DNA of 55,727 nt, the filler included, from Diploschistes diacapsis (lineage: Eukaryota): the NCBI GenBank assembly GCA_023645945.1. It is 5 parts of 5 records of this genome, joined end to end, with 100 filler letters (N's around TTAATTAATTAA, not from the genome) between each part and the next. Parts side by side here need not be neighbours in the genome. Positions count along the whole stretch, not along the records: positions 1 to 11,113 come from JALAIB010000859.1; positions 11,214 to 22,304 come from JALAIB010000860.1; 3 more parts are not named here. The stretch is one strand, 5' to 3'. Each line of letters begins with the position of its first letter. The stretch's first letter is position 1. The translations under genes were made by a program, and so were the position numbers. This document shows positions 1-13,114 of the stretch, piece after piece. The notes under the pieces are model-generated. The model saw nothing but the letters and a program-made list of their open reading frames with translations. It had not been told where the DNA came from and searched no databases.

Positions 1-41
1 GAAAGGAGGGATGTAGGGGGAGGATGGGAGGACGGGCGAAC

Positions 42-254
42 CATGCCGGTCTCGTCGGCGTCGATGCCATCGAGCAGGATGTGTCGCTTCAGTTCTGTCA
101 GTTGCGAGGTTACGTCTTGCCCGCTAGCAGAATCGTGCATCAAGCGCTCGATGACCGAGGCTGGGTTGCTCGTTCGTTTGCTTGTCGCATGGCGGCTCAA
201 TTGGGTTGGGTTAAGATCAGGAGTGGCCGGAAACCGATGAGAGGTCGACACCAT
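42..254 (-). CDS. BUB2: Probable first coding exon of the mitotic checkpoint TBC-domain GAP Bub2/Cdc16 (partial; runs off the contig end)
   Basis: Not in the ORF track. Frame from ATG 254 reads MVSTSHRF...SVIERLMHDSASGQDVTSQLTELKRHILLDGIDADETGM, then a GTTCGC donor at 41. Resembles, from memory, the segment just before the TBC domain of filamentous-fungal Bub2. Start codon uncertain. Confidence 0.6.
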
Positions 255-1171
255 GTTGGCGATACCATGCGGGCCTATGCCAACTTCGCTAAAGACAAGT
301 TGTTCAAGGCCTATGTGTCCTCGGTTCTGCCTCTATGCGACGGAGCCGACTACACCTTCTCTCCTTGCTATGAGCCGTGAGCATGCTCAATTGTCAGTTT
401 GTTCAGTCCACGATCCCCCATTGGCGTTGTATGAATCTAAGCCGGGAAGCCGAAACTTCGTAGACTCACGCGCTAACCATTGAACGTAGTATAAACTAGC
501 CGTCACTCAATCTGCCAAGCTCGCCAAACAAAACCTCCATAGTTCACCCATAGTTTGTATATTTCTCCCTCCATTCCACTCACTCTCTAAGCGGTCTCGA
601 GAGCCAGTAGCCACTTGGCCCGAATACTGCGGGATCAGGCACAATCTCAGTACACGTGGTCCCAGTCCCGACTCCAGACGAAAAGCCATTGTGCCTAGCG
701 TACTACTGCAAAAGGGTTAGAGCGAAATGTGTGCGCTCCTCATAAACCAGAAATCGATCACCATGGTACGTACGCGCTTCAATTGACCACATGCTACCTG
801 GCCATGTGGGGATGGAATCACCATATTTGGTGTGGGTCTACGGAGCTCTGCATGCTAGTACGGTCCATACAATCAATTCGACCCTCTAAACAAGCAAGGA
901 GGCAGTGCTCTCTTCTAGTATACAAAACGAACTGGGTATCTTCATAAATGATTTTCAATCCGTCCGCGCCTGTAGTACGTATTCCCTTTAGGACGCCGTC
1001 GGCAAAGATCTACCCATCCCCCTATAATCCAATAACATATCCTTGGCGCAGCGATCGCGTCCTGTCCGTATTTTCCTATTCCAACTCGCCCAAAGTAACC
1101 CACACTTCTCCCACACGGAATGCTGACGCTGCGCCATCTGCTCCACGCTCCAGGGACCCCAACCACTTCCG

Positions 1172-4100
1172 CTAGTGCAATAGATTCCTCAGGCTCGGGC
1201 TCGCGCTTGCTCCATTCATCGGAAGCGGCTCCGCCCTCTCCCTCTCACGCGGAGTATCAACACTCGTGCTGGGTCGACTGCTCGTCGTGCCCGGCGTTTG
1301 TGGCCTAGGGTTTCCGATCCTCAGCCGTGGACTCTCTAGAGGAGGACCTAGGTACTGCTGACGGGGTGATTGGTTCAGCGAGTGGAAGGGATTGTCAGCG
1401 GCCTGCGGAGGCCCAGATGGACCCTGTGCGGGTGTGCGATAACGGGGACTTGGCGGCGAGGCTGCCCCATTGACCATCGAATGGGCAAATGGGGGGCTGC
1501 CCTGATAGGATGCCGGTGGCGGCACATGAGCGTGTGGATGAGGTCCAGGAGGAAGAGGCTCCGAAGGACGACGGGGCATATATGGAGCTGGAGGAGCGGC
1601 GTGTACCAGCGGGTATACGTGAGTCACGCTGCTTGGCGGTGGAGGTTCTCGATGATCATAACCGTTCACATAATAATGAGGAGTGGGTGGTCCGTACAGC
1701 GGATGAGATTGTGGCGCCAAAGCAGCTGTTGGAAGTGGTGGTGGCGGCGGCGGCGGCGGCGGCGGTGGCGGTGTATGAACTACTCCATTCATGATCGGAT
1801 GGGAAACACCTACCGGAGGTCCATGGGGAGAGTGCCCTTGAATGGGTTGCGGAGGAACCCCGTATACTGGTGCTGCAGAAGGCCACGGTGGGGTGTGCTG
1901 CGGCGGAGGTGCTGAAGAGTTTGTTTCGCAAGGCTGTGGGTGAACATGATCCTCGGGCGAGAGACTATGGGTCGAGGTTCTTCTCCGTTCCATCTCACAT
2001 CGATGACAAAAGTATTCCGTACTGTGCCCGTTTGAGAGATGGCCGTTCACTTGCTCTTGCCCAACCTGCTTGTACCACTTCGGACTAGCAGTGCCACGGC
2101 AAGATGCGCAACTTTTAGGGGAACTTTCATTAACCTGAGCACTTTCGATGTGTACCACACGATCGCCGTCCCCGTCAATCTCCTCAGACTTGACGGTAAT
2201 TGCGACCGGAGATGCTCTTGAACTTCGTGTACCAGCCGACGGATTAGCTCCGGAGCCGGCAAGGCCATTTGAGATGGAACCTCGATGACCATGAGCAGCC
2301 CTCTCGGGCTGGTTTGCAGGACGGGTTGCATTGATCATCGCCGCTTTCCTCACGGTCCCCGTTAGGGATGAGTCTGCTTGCTTGAAATTTCGAACAAAGC
2401 ACTGCAGGGCGGTGAGACCGTTCTCGCTTACTATCTCGTTGATTCCGTGAATGCTGGACTTGGCATCGTGGTGAGGACAGTAAATGACGGCTTCGACGTG
2501 CCCAGTTTCGTTGCCAAACGTAACCGAATTGATTACATCCTTGCGTGAACCTTTGACCGGGGTAACATAGAATCCCATTGGGTATCCATTTTGCAGAGCA
2601 CAGGTGACATGGAAGAATGTGGACGATGTCGAAGGGCATTTGGGACACTGAAGGCAAACACCATGCTTCATATCGCAGAGCTTGCACACTTCTTCGTACT
2701 TGTATGGCGGTATGCTCAGGATGCCTTCGGGCTGTTGCAAAGAAGTTGCATCCCTGAACTTTATCCAAGGAATCCAGATTGCGCACACGGCATGCATCCA
2801 GTGGTTGTTCGCGGTAGGCTTCAGCGCCTCTCTCGGGAAAAGAGGACGGCCCAGCTCGTCTTGCGTCCTCGTGTAGTTGGCGACAGCTTCCCAGTACAGC
2901 TCTTTTTCCAAGCGTTCCTTTTCTCTCTCACGATCCGTCTTCTTCTTGTGCGAGGTTTTCGGGTGCTCGTACAGGTCAACCTCGTTGTACTCCATCGGAC
3001 ACAGAATGCAGCTATAGGTCGTCGAGTACTGGTTGGACGAGTCGTTTGAGCATGCCTCGCAAGTCCACTTGGTGGCTGACCGGCCTTCGGCAATACCGAA
3101 ACAGTTCCGATGCACCGTCAATTTGCAGCTCCGACATACGTAGCATTCGTCGCCAGCGGGCTCGATTTGCTGGCAAATGGCACAAGGCAGCTTCCTCAGT
3201 TTTGGCTGCTCAGGTATCAGCGGTGGCGGCTCGGGTGGTTTCTCTGGCTTCTTCTTGGGTGGCTCAACCGGAGCAGGCGGCGGCGGCGGTGGCGGCGGCG
3301 GCGGCGGCGGCGGCGTGACCTTCTTCTCTTGCGCAGGTCCAGTCTTCTGCTTTTTACGAGCCGACTCCTGCTCCGCATTGATTGCGAGTGCAACAGACAC
3401 GTCCATACCCAGCGCTTGCGCAGCAGAGATGGCCGTCGCGCTTACGCTCACCCGACTCTCCTCGTTGGCGATCACGAGCTCTCTGAGCAAATCTTCTTCC
3501 ATCTTTCGCTTAACGATCCGGCCACCAGTCTGGGTGATTTTTTTTGCCACTTCATCCATATTTTCCCATCTGATAGCATATTTCCGCCAGAGCTTTGCGC
3601 ACCTTTGGCAAAGCGCTAGCGTCAAATGGTTTCCTCTGTCTTTGCTGCGGTGGTTTCCGTCCGCGGGTACAGTGCTGCCAGCAGCGGTTGCGGGAGCGCG
3701 TCGCCAAAACCTTGACTCTCTTGATGAGCAAAACTTGCAAATGAACCCACGCTTCTTCTTGCTGGCCTTTTCATTGTCGAACGCCGAATCATCGTAATCA
3801 TCCGCAACGTCGTCCAGCAATGGCCCGTCGACATTCTTAGCAGCCTTCTTACCCTTTCGACCCTCGTAACTGCTCCATATTGCTCTTCCCTTCTCCGTCT
3901 TCTTCCATGTGTAGTAGAAGCGAACAATATCACCATGCTTTTGGGATTGCACATGCCTAGAAACATCGCCAAGGTTGCTTCCATACCTCGCAACGGCATC
4001 TTCGAACTTCTTCAGCTCCTCCTTGCTGAGCTTGGGCTCCTTGAGGTCCTTGCGCATATCGACATCCTGAAGTCGTTTGAGTGCTTTGTTCATGACAAAA

Positions 4101-6383
4101 TCGCTCGAATGCAAGAATTCGACGGCCTTGTCAAGGAAGTTGGTGTGGTACTCCGGCAGGCCAAGCGAGACTGCGACTCTCTTGGCTTTGGGTATGTACT
4201 CGCTCAGGATCCGTTCTCGATCTGCTGCCCTGGGGAGATCTGTTTCATCGCCTCCACGATTCGACTTTTCCCCCACGGCTGGAAGCTTGAATAACAGGCT
4301 CGATGTTTTTGCTGAGCCTTCGGGCGGTAAATCCTCACCCCGATGCTCGTAACCAACGGGCTCATCCACTTCCCATTTCGCTCGCTGTTCCCTTGCACGC
4401 TTGTCTGCCTCCAAAGCCGCTATGGTCTCTTTCGATAATTTGGCATCCTTCTTGTTGGTGGCGCCTTTGCTGTACTTTTTCTTGATCTCGATAGGCTTCA
4501 TGTACACAAAAGGTCGGCCCGGCCATTCTGGAATGCTCGCTTGGTGCCGCGGCCCCAATCGCGAGCTCGCCCTTGGATATATCCGGTCATCATAGTCCAA
4601 CGCATCGGACGGCTTGCAGTGAATGCCCAGATACCGGTATGGCCACATCTTGGCCTGCGCAATCTGGTCCTTCGTTGCTGCACGGATCTCACTGGCAGCC
4701 TCCGCAGCTGGACTGTTGCCGCCTGTCGGCGCCACGTCCTCATCCTCGTCGAAGACTTCTTCCTCCTCGCCCTCCCCGGCTCTCTCGCCCATCAGCGGCG
4801 TGTTTCTCGCTTCCAGCTTTCGTTCCTGCTTCCTGCTGCACGGACCGCAAGACCAAGCGAATCCACGTGCGGGTTTCTTCTGCAACGGTGGCTGCACACA
4901 ATTCATGTGATATGTGTTCTTGCACATTGCGCAATCCACAGAATCGTCACTGCAACGATTAGCAGGCGTGAAGGAAATGCTGGACTTTCAATATCTTACT
5001 TTGCACAGTAGCCGCTGCAGCGCTTGCACGATTTCACCGCGCTCGTGAACTCCTTGCCTCGACCTATTTCCACGATGATGAATTGCCATCGCTCGTCGAG
5101 CACCTTCTTGACGTTCTCAGGAACATTGATTACCTTACTCGTGGCGATCACATCATAATAACGGTGTATGTAACGGTCGTACATCTGCGTGTAGTAGAAG
5201 GAGTCCTTCTCCTTGCGATATTGCTCCAGGTCCGGAATCTGAGACGCATGCTTGATGATGCTCTTACCGCGAAGCGACGTAAGGGGGCAGGTATCGGAAT
5301 GCATGGATGCGAAGACGAGGCGCGTGTCTGATTGCTTCCTTCCAATGTCTCTGGGCCGATACATCCAGTTGATGCGGAGGGCGTCGATGGGTGCATTGCT
5401 GTTGTGACCAGCATGCAGAAATTCCATAATACGGGCAAGGTAGTAAGGCTCACCCGGGGGTTCGCAAACCAGATACACGGAGTCTGTGCTAATGTCAGTT
5501 TGCCCCGTAACACGAATCCTGGAAGCTGTAGAGATGCGTAGTCAGATCAGATGCACTCACCATTAACTTTGTACTTTGTCTTGTCATCAGCGGTCAAACA
5601 TCCGTGAGATAAATATGCTCCGCTACTCTCGAACGTCACCATATTATTTTCTCTCGATGCGCTTGAAGTTGCCGCCGAATGTTGTGCAGCCTTTCGTGAG
5701 GTTGAAGAGTGTGGTGCTTGTGAAGCTGCAGAGGTGTGGGCAACGGTCGCGCCGCTACCGGGCGCCTTGCGCTTTTTTGACTGCGAATCGTTGACGGAGA
5801 AGGAGGAGGTGCCGGGTATGGGTTCCCTGGGTGCAGTTGCAGCGGAGGGAGGGGTGGCGTGGACTTTGTGGTTGACATTGGTGGTGGTGCTCTTCCGCCC
5901 GTGGCTTCCGCTCGATGTCTTCCTCTGCATTGGCTGCGAGGTGGTAGGGGCCGAGGCGTGAGAAGCTCTGCTAGTTGTGTACTCAAAGTCCATCTCCGAA
6001 TCTTTATCCTCTGCGTAATTCGGTCGAGCATTCGTCGCGCGATTTCTTGACCTCGTGCCGTAAGGCGAAGCACCGGCTGTGGCACTGGCACTGGCACTGG
6101 CACTGGCCAATTGACCTGCAGTTGGCTGCGGCGATGCGTTTGCCGAGTTCGAGTTGGAGCTCGTAGATGCGTGCATTCTGTCGGCGGGCTTAGACTCTGG
6201 AGGATTTGCTCGTTGGGTTGAAGAGGTTCGTGCCGAGGGCATCACCCGCTCAAGCGATTGAGTGCGTGGCGTTGAATGCAGCGAGCGATCGTCCATACCC
6301 AAGTCAGACCCTTCGAATCGCGAGGATCTAGACTTGCGAGTGCTTGGCCTACCCTCGCTATCCTTTACCGATGCTTCTGCCAT
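1172..6383 (-). CDS. SNT2: Snt2-like chromatin protein / E3 ligase (BAH, PHD, ELM2, SANT, PHD and extended PHD fingers)
   Basis: Exons 6383-5561, 5483-5000, 4949-1172 with GT-AG introns in phase. BAH (VYLVCEPPGEPYYLARIMEF), PHD (CKRC..CAMC..H..C..WSCGPC), ELM2 (SSRLGPRHQA), SANT (FEDAVARYG..IVRFYYTWK), further PHD/ePHD fingers and poly-Pro tracts. Confidence 0.92.
6081..6107. repeat. (GGCACT)n hexamer repeat encoding an Ala-Ser run in SNT2
   Basis: ggcactggcactggcactggcactggc; the minus strand translates as ASASASASA. Confidence 0.85.
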
Positions 6384-7450
6384 GATCAAGCTGAGGCGTC
6401 AACCCCCACGGCCAAGTATCTCTCCTACCGAGCTGTGACCCGCGAGTGTCATGCTATGTAAGGTGGAACTCGTGGACGTCAGACAAGCAAATCCACCAGA
6501 ATGTTCTTAGCACAAAAATCGTGGCTGACTACACAGAGGGGAAGGCAAAGACGTGAGGTCCGACACAAATCAAGGAGGGAGGTTAGAAAAGCAGCACGGT
6601 GCGGGTAACTGCGTACAAGTATAGGTTGGCGGAAGAGATGATGTCGGTAGTGGGATAGCAAGATGGTAGCGCCTTTAGCGGGTGCGGAATGGAAGTATCA
6701 GATTGATGGAAGGGGAGGAAGGAAGGGCAAGGGGAAGGGGAAGGTTTGGTGTGAAGGAAGTGGAGAAAGTATGGGAAGAGTGAAGTGTGAAGTGCGAAGG
6801 CAAGGGAAGGGAAGGGAAGGGAAGGAAAGGAAAGGGAAGGGAAGGCGACGGTTGGGTGTTAAAAAGAGGAAGAGATGGCAGGCAGGCAGCGGGCAGTATA
6901 TTATGATCCACCCTCGCGGTCGGTAAGGTAGGTGGGTAAGTAAGTAGTCAGGCAGTAGTCAGTCAGTCAGTCAGTAGGGATACTTAGTTTAGTATAGTAC
7001 CGACTGCCCTATCATTTCCCACGTCCTTTATCCAGCTGTCATGCTTTTTCCCCTGCGGGAAGTACTGTAAATGCTGCACTAAACCAATCAAGCAGCGACT
7101 CGCACGAAGCGAAGCTTGCAGAACAACGTTGGGTGGTTGTCCCCGCCTTAACCATCGCACCCCCTGTCGGAACCTACAGGCTACATGTCTGTCTATGCAA
7201 AGTTCATATCTGGAATTTTGCTAGCTAGATAGATAGATAGATATAGTGAGGTCGAAGTAGTCCGACACACTGAACTGAACGAACGAGGCATTGCTCCGAG
7301 GGGCCGGGCCGGGGGCCGTGACCGGTGACGGAGCCCAACAAAGAGCAACAACAACATATGTATCTGACATGGCCCGTTCTCTGTTCTATGCAAAGCCCAC
7401 GGGCATCCTCCTGTTGCTTGTCGCAAGCACCACATTGCGGACCACGGAAA

Positions 7451-7489
7451 AGGGATTAGGGATTAGGATTAGGATTAGGGATTAGGGAT
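7451..7489. repeat. Telomere-like TTAGGGA/TTAGGA tandem repeat in the SNT2-HELQ divergent intergenic region
   Basis: agggatt-agggatt-aggatt-aggatt-agggatt-agggat. Confidence 0.8.
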
Positions 7490-7721
7490 GGGAGTTTCTG
7501 AGTTTTGTGTAAAAAAGCAAAAAAAGGTTTAGCGTCATAAGCCCTGATTAGTAAGCAGATGCCTATAACTTAAGTTAGTAGTGCTTAGCCGGCAAATCTT
7601 ATTTCCGAACAAGGTTTTCCACCTCTCCTCCAACGACCTGCCATCTGTCTCCCCTTCTTCCCCTTCTCGCTCCACCCCCAGGCTTATCATTGCAAATTAC
7701 GGCATGAGATATGCTTGCTAA

Positions 7722-10700
7722 ATGGCTTTTGCAATTCAGTCTGTAAAAGGAAGAGCGACGTCTTGGGATGCCGGAAAGCGGCATTTGGATGGCCTGGGCC
7801 GTCTGGGTGATGCCAACAACAGGCCGTCGCGAGAAGGCGATGGAGGCAACAAAGGCGCAGCGCCGCCAGCGGCTAAAAATAATAACACAAATTTCTCTAC
7901 CCCGACAGCCACGAAAGCTGTCTCGGGTTCGAATCGTCTTGTTGCTAGCAAGATAAGAGACTTTACAGCCGACTCTTCGACTGAGCCGGGTCTTTATACG
8001 CAGCGGAAAGCGCTTGCATCCACGCCCAGTGCTACGCAGGACCCCAGATTACTCTTGTCGCACCCTGAGTATGGTCTGCCAAAGAGACTAGTATCCAACC
8101 TGAAGTCCATGGGCATAAACTTGATATATCCCTGGCAAGCTAATTGTTTGCTTCGACACCGCGGTGTACTGTCCGGAGCAAAGAATCTTGTGTACTCTGC
8201 TTCAACGGGCGCCGGCAAATCTTTGGTGGCTGACATCTTGATGCTTAAGCGAGTTCTAGATGCTAATGAGAAAGCTATACTGGTTCTTCCATACGTGGCT
8301 TTAGTACAGGAAAAGCTCCGCTGGCTTCGTAGAGCAGTGGACGGGATCGAGAGAAATGTCGAATTGGCCGTGCCAGGAGCTTTTCGAGGCTTCAATGAAC
8401 ATCGCACAGTTCGCATTGTTCCCTTTTTTGGGAACAGCAAGATTCGAGCCACTCTGAGCGATGCGGATATTGCTGTCTGTACGATTGAGAAGGTAAACCG
8501 AGTTTTCGTTCCCGCAGAGCTCGTGACTCAAATCATGCTAGGCGAATTCTCTGATCAACTCTGCCATCGAAGATGGCGGAATCGATGATCTAGGCATCGC
8601 AGTTCTGGACGAGATCCACATGGTGGATGATGAGTATCGTGGCTATCTCATGGAGCTGCTTGCTACGAAACTCCTAACTCTGCAGCAAGATATTCAGATA
8701 GTCGGAATGAGCGCTACGTTGTCTGTAAGTCAAATGAGAATGTACCGTAATGATAAACCAAGATTTACTGCCACCTTACTGCATTTCTGCAACTTGTGCC
8801 ACGTAATTTGCGCTCTGCAGGGAGCAGCTTTAGCTTGCCTTGCGTTCCGCTAACATGTTGTCAGAATACCGAGGACCTGGCACGGTGGCTCGATGCTAAA
8901 TACTATGTTTCAAACTATAAGCCAGTGCCAGTGCAGGAGTTTTTGGTCTGCGAGAACAGGATATACCCTACAGCAGGGTCTGAAACCACCGACGTGCATC
9001 TCGTGTCAAGTGGCGCTCTAGAGCCCCGGCAGGCTTCACGTGCTTCGACGAAGCCAGTACGCGTCATTGAGCCATCGAAGCACCCAGAGCTAAAGAGGCA
9101 TTTTATGAATACCGTGGTCTCGCTCACTCTTGAGACTGTCACTGCCGGCTTTGGAGTTTTGGTGTTTTGTGGCAGCCGAGCTGGCTGTCAGAGCACGGCG
9201 GCATTGGTCGCGAAAGCAATGCCGGACGACATCAGTAAAGAGCTCGTTGAACGGCGCCGAGAGGTCCTGGATAGTTTGAAGTGCCTCATGCTTCCTGTCG
9301 ATAGCGTTCTTGAAGTTACGATCATGTGTGGGGTGGCCTTTCACCGTGAGTACTTGAAGTGCTCTTCACCCCTTTTAGTGCAGACTCTTGCTCACGCGGT
9401 GCAGATGCTGGCTTGACGACAGAGGAGAGGGATATCGTTGCAGATGCTTTCGACCGTGGAGTTCTCAAGGTGATTGTGGCTACATGCAGTCTTGCAGCCG
9501 GTATCAACCTTCCCGCTCGTCGTGTCATTCTGCAGGAGGCACGCATGGGGCGCGAGATGGTCGGGCCTGCGATGCTGTAAGCTTCTGCTTTGAGCTCAGA
9601 GACGGGCGCTAAATCAACCAGACGACAGATGAGAGGTCGTGCAGGTCGAAAGGGAAAAGACGAGATTGGTGAAAGTTACGTCTGCTGTCAGAAGGATGAC
9701 GCGAAAGAAGTAGAGCAGCTCCTAGAGACAAATATTCCTCCCATCTCGAGCTGTCTAACGCCCGGGAAGCGAGGCATCAAAAGGTGAGCCCCCCTGCGCT
9801 ACGAATTCGGCCGGTCTAAGAGGGGAGAAGAGCCCTGCTGGAAGTTATTGCAGTTCGCCTTGCAACCCACGAAGACGCTATCAACGACTACATCCAAAAA
9901 ACACTGCTCTATCATAACATCAACCAAGAAACACTTGATCGAATGGCCTCCGACTCTATAAGTCAACTCATTGCCGAGGACCTCATCACTCAGTCGCCAT
10001 CCAACTGCTACGACCCAACTCCCCTGGGCAGTGCCACCGTGGCCGCCGGCCTCAACCCCGAAGACAGCCTCTTCCTCCACGACGAAATGCGCCAAGCCCT
10101 CCAGCACTTCGTCATGGACAGCGACCTGCATGTCTTCTACCTCTTCACACCCATCAGCATCCCGCCCCACGATATCGACTGGCGCATTTTCCTGGACGAG
10201 ATCAACGAACTAGATGAGAGCGGGCAGCGTGTCATGTCCTTCTGCCGAATCAACCCGGCGTTTATAAACCGCATGGCCAACAGCCCCGGCACCCTGCCGA
10301 CCAACACGCCAGAAGAGGTACAAATGGCGCGAGTATACCGCCGCTTCTACGCCGCACTGCAGCTTCGAGCGATCTGCAACGAAGAACCCCTGCACAAAGT
10401 CGCCGCTCGCTTCTGCACGACGCGGGGCTTCGTGCAGAGCCTCTCGACAACGTGCCACTCCTTCGCCGCGGGCATCATCAAGTTCTGCGAGCGACTCGGA
10501 TGGGGCATGCTGGTCGCCGTGCTGGAGCACATGGCGGACAGGCTCAGGGCCGGTGCCAGGGCGGACCTGCTGGAGCTGGCGCGCATACCGTTCGTCAAGA
10601 GCAGGACGGCGAGGGCGCTATGGGAGAACGGGTATCGCAATCTGAGGGCTGTCGCGGAGGCGGATGCGGAGGCGATAGCGCAGGTGATGCTGCTGGCGCA

Positions 10701-10839
10701 GCCGAAGAGGAGCAAAGTTAGTGGGGAGATGGAGGGGGGGTATCTGTTGAAGCTGAAAGAGAAGGCGGAGGTCGTGGTCAGGCAGGCGGGGAGACTGTGG
10801 GAGAGGGAAGGGGCTGTTGATATCGAAGGGGAGATGTAG
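7722..10839 (+). CDS. Ski2-like SF2 DNA helicase of the HELQ/Hel308/Pol-theta helicase family, without a polymerase domain
   Basis: Exons 7722-8492, 8542-8724, 8865-9345, 9405-9576, 9622-9783, 9831-10839. Q-motif IYPWQ, Walker [43 protein letters not shown] and a C-terminal HhH-like [13 protein letters not shown]. Confidence 0.9.
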
Positions 10840-11113
10840 GTCGAGCAGGACGATGCGCGGATAGTTTGGGGCATTTAGACGAAGCAATTTAATGTTTGTA
10901 CATCTTTACCCGTATAAGTTTATGCATGCTCACATTCTGCACAAAGTTGGGGCTGTATACAACAAAGTACCTCTTCTCTTCACCTTCCCCCTTTTTCTCC
11001 CTTTCGTCCCTTTCCTCCTCTTCCTGCACTCTCCCCCCTCCCTCCACTTCTCGTCCTTGCTCATTCCACTGTTCTTACCCAAACCACCCACCCTCCTCCT
11101 ATTACACCACTAC

Positions 11114-11213
11114 NNNNNNNNNNNNNNNNNNNNNNNNNNNNNNNNNNNNNNNNNNNNTTAATTAATTAANNNNNNNNNNNNNNNNNNNNNNNNNNNNNNN
11201 NNNNNNNNNNNNN
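11114..11213. other. Artificial contig-joining spacer (N44-TTAATTAATTAA-N44)
   Basis: 100 bp of N around a 12-mer with stops in all six frames; the same spacer occurs four times. Confidence 0.98.
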
Positions 11214-12227
11214 CTTGGAGGGTGGTTTGGAGACGCGGGGTGGGGCTTCAGCTGGTAGCTGTATATACTGTATTATCAAAAAATACCAGGCGCACATAAA
11301 CCTTGGAGCACCTTCGATACGCACGGACTCGTGCTGCTAGCTTTTTGCCCTGTCAATTCCTGTTGTCGCTGCCTCCGCCCTCGGCCGCGCTGGTTGAATA
11401 TCCCGTCAACATTCTTCCATTACTCGCCAGGCCCAGACTCCTCTTTCAGTCTTAGTAAGATAGTACGAGCATTCCATCCCACCTCGACTTCCAACTCCCA
11501 AAGACCATTTCGTTGCCCGACCTCAAACCACCAGGTCCTTGGACTGGTCGAAGCACTCCCGAGCGAGCCACGGGCACCTTGGGAATATGGGAGCTCGGAC
11601 AAGCCGTCGTGCCTTTCCACGTATTGAATCGTGCATTGCCGCCCCTGCTCTATGGGCGTACTGCTCTGTATAAAGGAGGTAAGTTCCCACTGTATCCAGT
11701 TCTTCCATTCCATCCCGTCGCATCTTCGAAACCGTATCGAATTAGTCAGTAGCTAACGTATATACCATATTGACAGCCGATGTTCCTTGAAGAAGTGTTT
11801 GTGGGACGGTAGAGGCTTTTTGGTAGCCATTCAGTAACGTTCGAGGTCCTGGAGGCACTCAGTCCACGTATCCCAACTGAGTTGCGGCTCGGTGACGCGA
11901 CATGATCATTTGGCAAGCGGGACGAATGATGGCATTTAGCTCCAAGCGTGGGCTATAGTCTCGATATCCATTCGAGGGGGTGAACGGCCCTCGGATTATG
12001 AGGTTCCCAGAAAAGACCGACGTGTATTCAGGGTCGCAAGCTTTTAGCAAGCGCTCGGCTGGGCAGATGATGGAGCCGGTTAGTCGTGTCACTTAGCTGG
12101 CTCGTCGCAGCCTATGCCTTCACTCCATCCGAGTGTTCCTAAAACAGTGATGTGACGAAGCTGTAGAAGAGTCTCCTCACCCTAGAAGCCGGCGCTTGTC
12201 TCTTTCGAGCGCCATCGGAGTGCGCAT

Positions 12228-12558
12228 TCATTCTTTCGCATGTGAATCGGCATCTGTATCCACGGACTCGGAAGCAGAGGCGGCTGATGGGCCGGACGGG
12301 TCAATTGCGTCGGGTTGTGCCTGCCGCCATACTTCTAGCCGGCGCTCTCGGCGCAAACGCAACTCGTCGAGAGCAGCGAGCTGCCGTCTCTTATCCTCGA
12401 TATCAGCGTCGCCTGCCAAGATCCTGTTAGCACAATGCCGACTATCGGGGGAAGCAGACATTACCCCTCTCTACTACTTCGCTTTTCTTGAAGAAGCGCA
12501 CCCTGCGCAGCCAGATGCGAGCTCTTTGCTCGATCCTACCCTCGGAAGTGAAGGTCAT
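12228..12558 (-). CDS. Small orphan protein (92 aa, two exons)
   Basis: Exon 12558-12465, 52-nt intron GTAATG..CTAAC..CAG (12464-12413), exon 12412-12228. Phases match and give MTFTSEGRIEQRARIWLRRVRFFKKSEVVERGDADIEDKRRQLAALDELRLRRERRLEVWRQAQ...HAKE*. Confidence 0.55.
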
Positions 12559-12645
12559 GATGGGCAGTCACCAAACAAGGTATATGGGCGAAACTGTTAG
12601 GTGAAAGAGTCGAAATTATACTAGAAATTCGAAATGCCGAGGGGC

Positions 12646-12718
12646 ACAACACCCGAGTGAGAATGTAAGACAACCACCCGAGTGAGAATGTAAGACAACA
12701 CCCGAGTGAGAATGTAAG
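12646..12718. repeat. Three-copy 24/25-bp minisatellite ACAAC(C)ACCCGAGTGAGAATGTAAG
   Basis: Units 12646-12669, 12670-12694 (one extra C) and 12695-12718. Confidence 0.95.
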
Positions 12719-13114
12719 ATCAGCGTATGGAGCCAAGGACTACTACTCGATGCTCAGAGTAATCAGCAGATGTTATGGCGTATTGGGCTCCAGCTTGGCG
12801 CCCCCGTCAACTGGATTTGCTAACGGGGCTGTGCGCCTTCACAATCAAGGATGCTTTAGCCCGCGGGAAGGCAACAGGATCGCGTCTTGCACTCATCTAT
12901 TGGGCCATCTCTACTCAGGTGAGCTGCAATAAGGTGCGTGCTTGCAGTCATGGATGGCCTTTCCGTCTTCCGAGTTATCTAAAATTCGAATGCCCGTTCA
13001 TTTGGGGATTTGATTTGACACTAACCCCATAGTACTACCGGCCTGCCATACAAGTAGCGGGAAGCGACATTGTAAAGTTACACAGCTGTAAAAATCTAGG
13101 GTCGAAAATGGAAA

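Noticed and set aside
1370..4962. Many antisense and alternate-frame ORFs over SNT2 and other long genes
   Set aside because: Shadow ORFs typical of GC-rich, low-complexity coding DNA.
11158..11169. Recurrent TTAATTAATTAA palindrome as a biological motif
   Set aside because: Always centred in N runs; it is a synthetic contig linker.
11331..12092. Short ORFs and intron-like signals (GTAAGT 11679 to CAG 11776)
   Set aside because: The splice combinations I tried hit stops quickly or gave no recognisable protein.
12646..12718. CRISPR-like array
   Set aside because: Units are contiguous with no spacers, there are no cas genes, and the context is eukaryotic.
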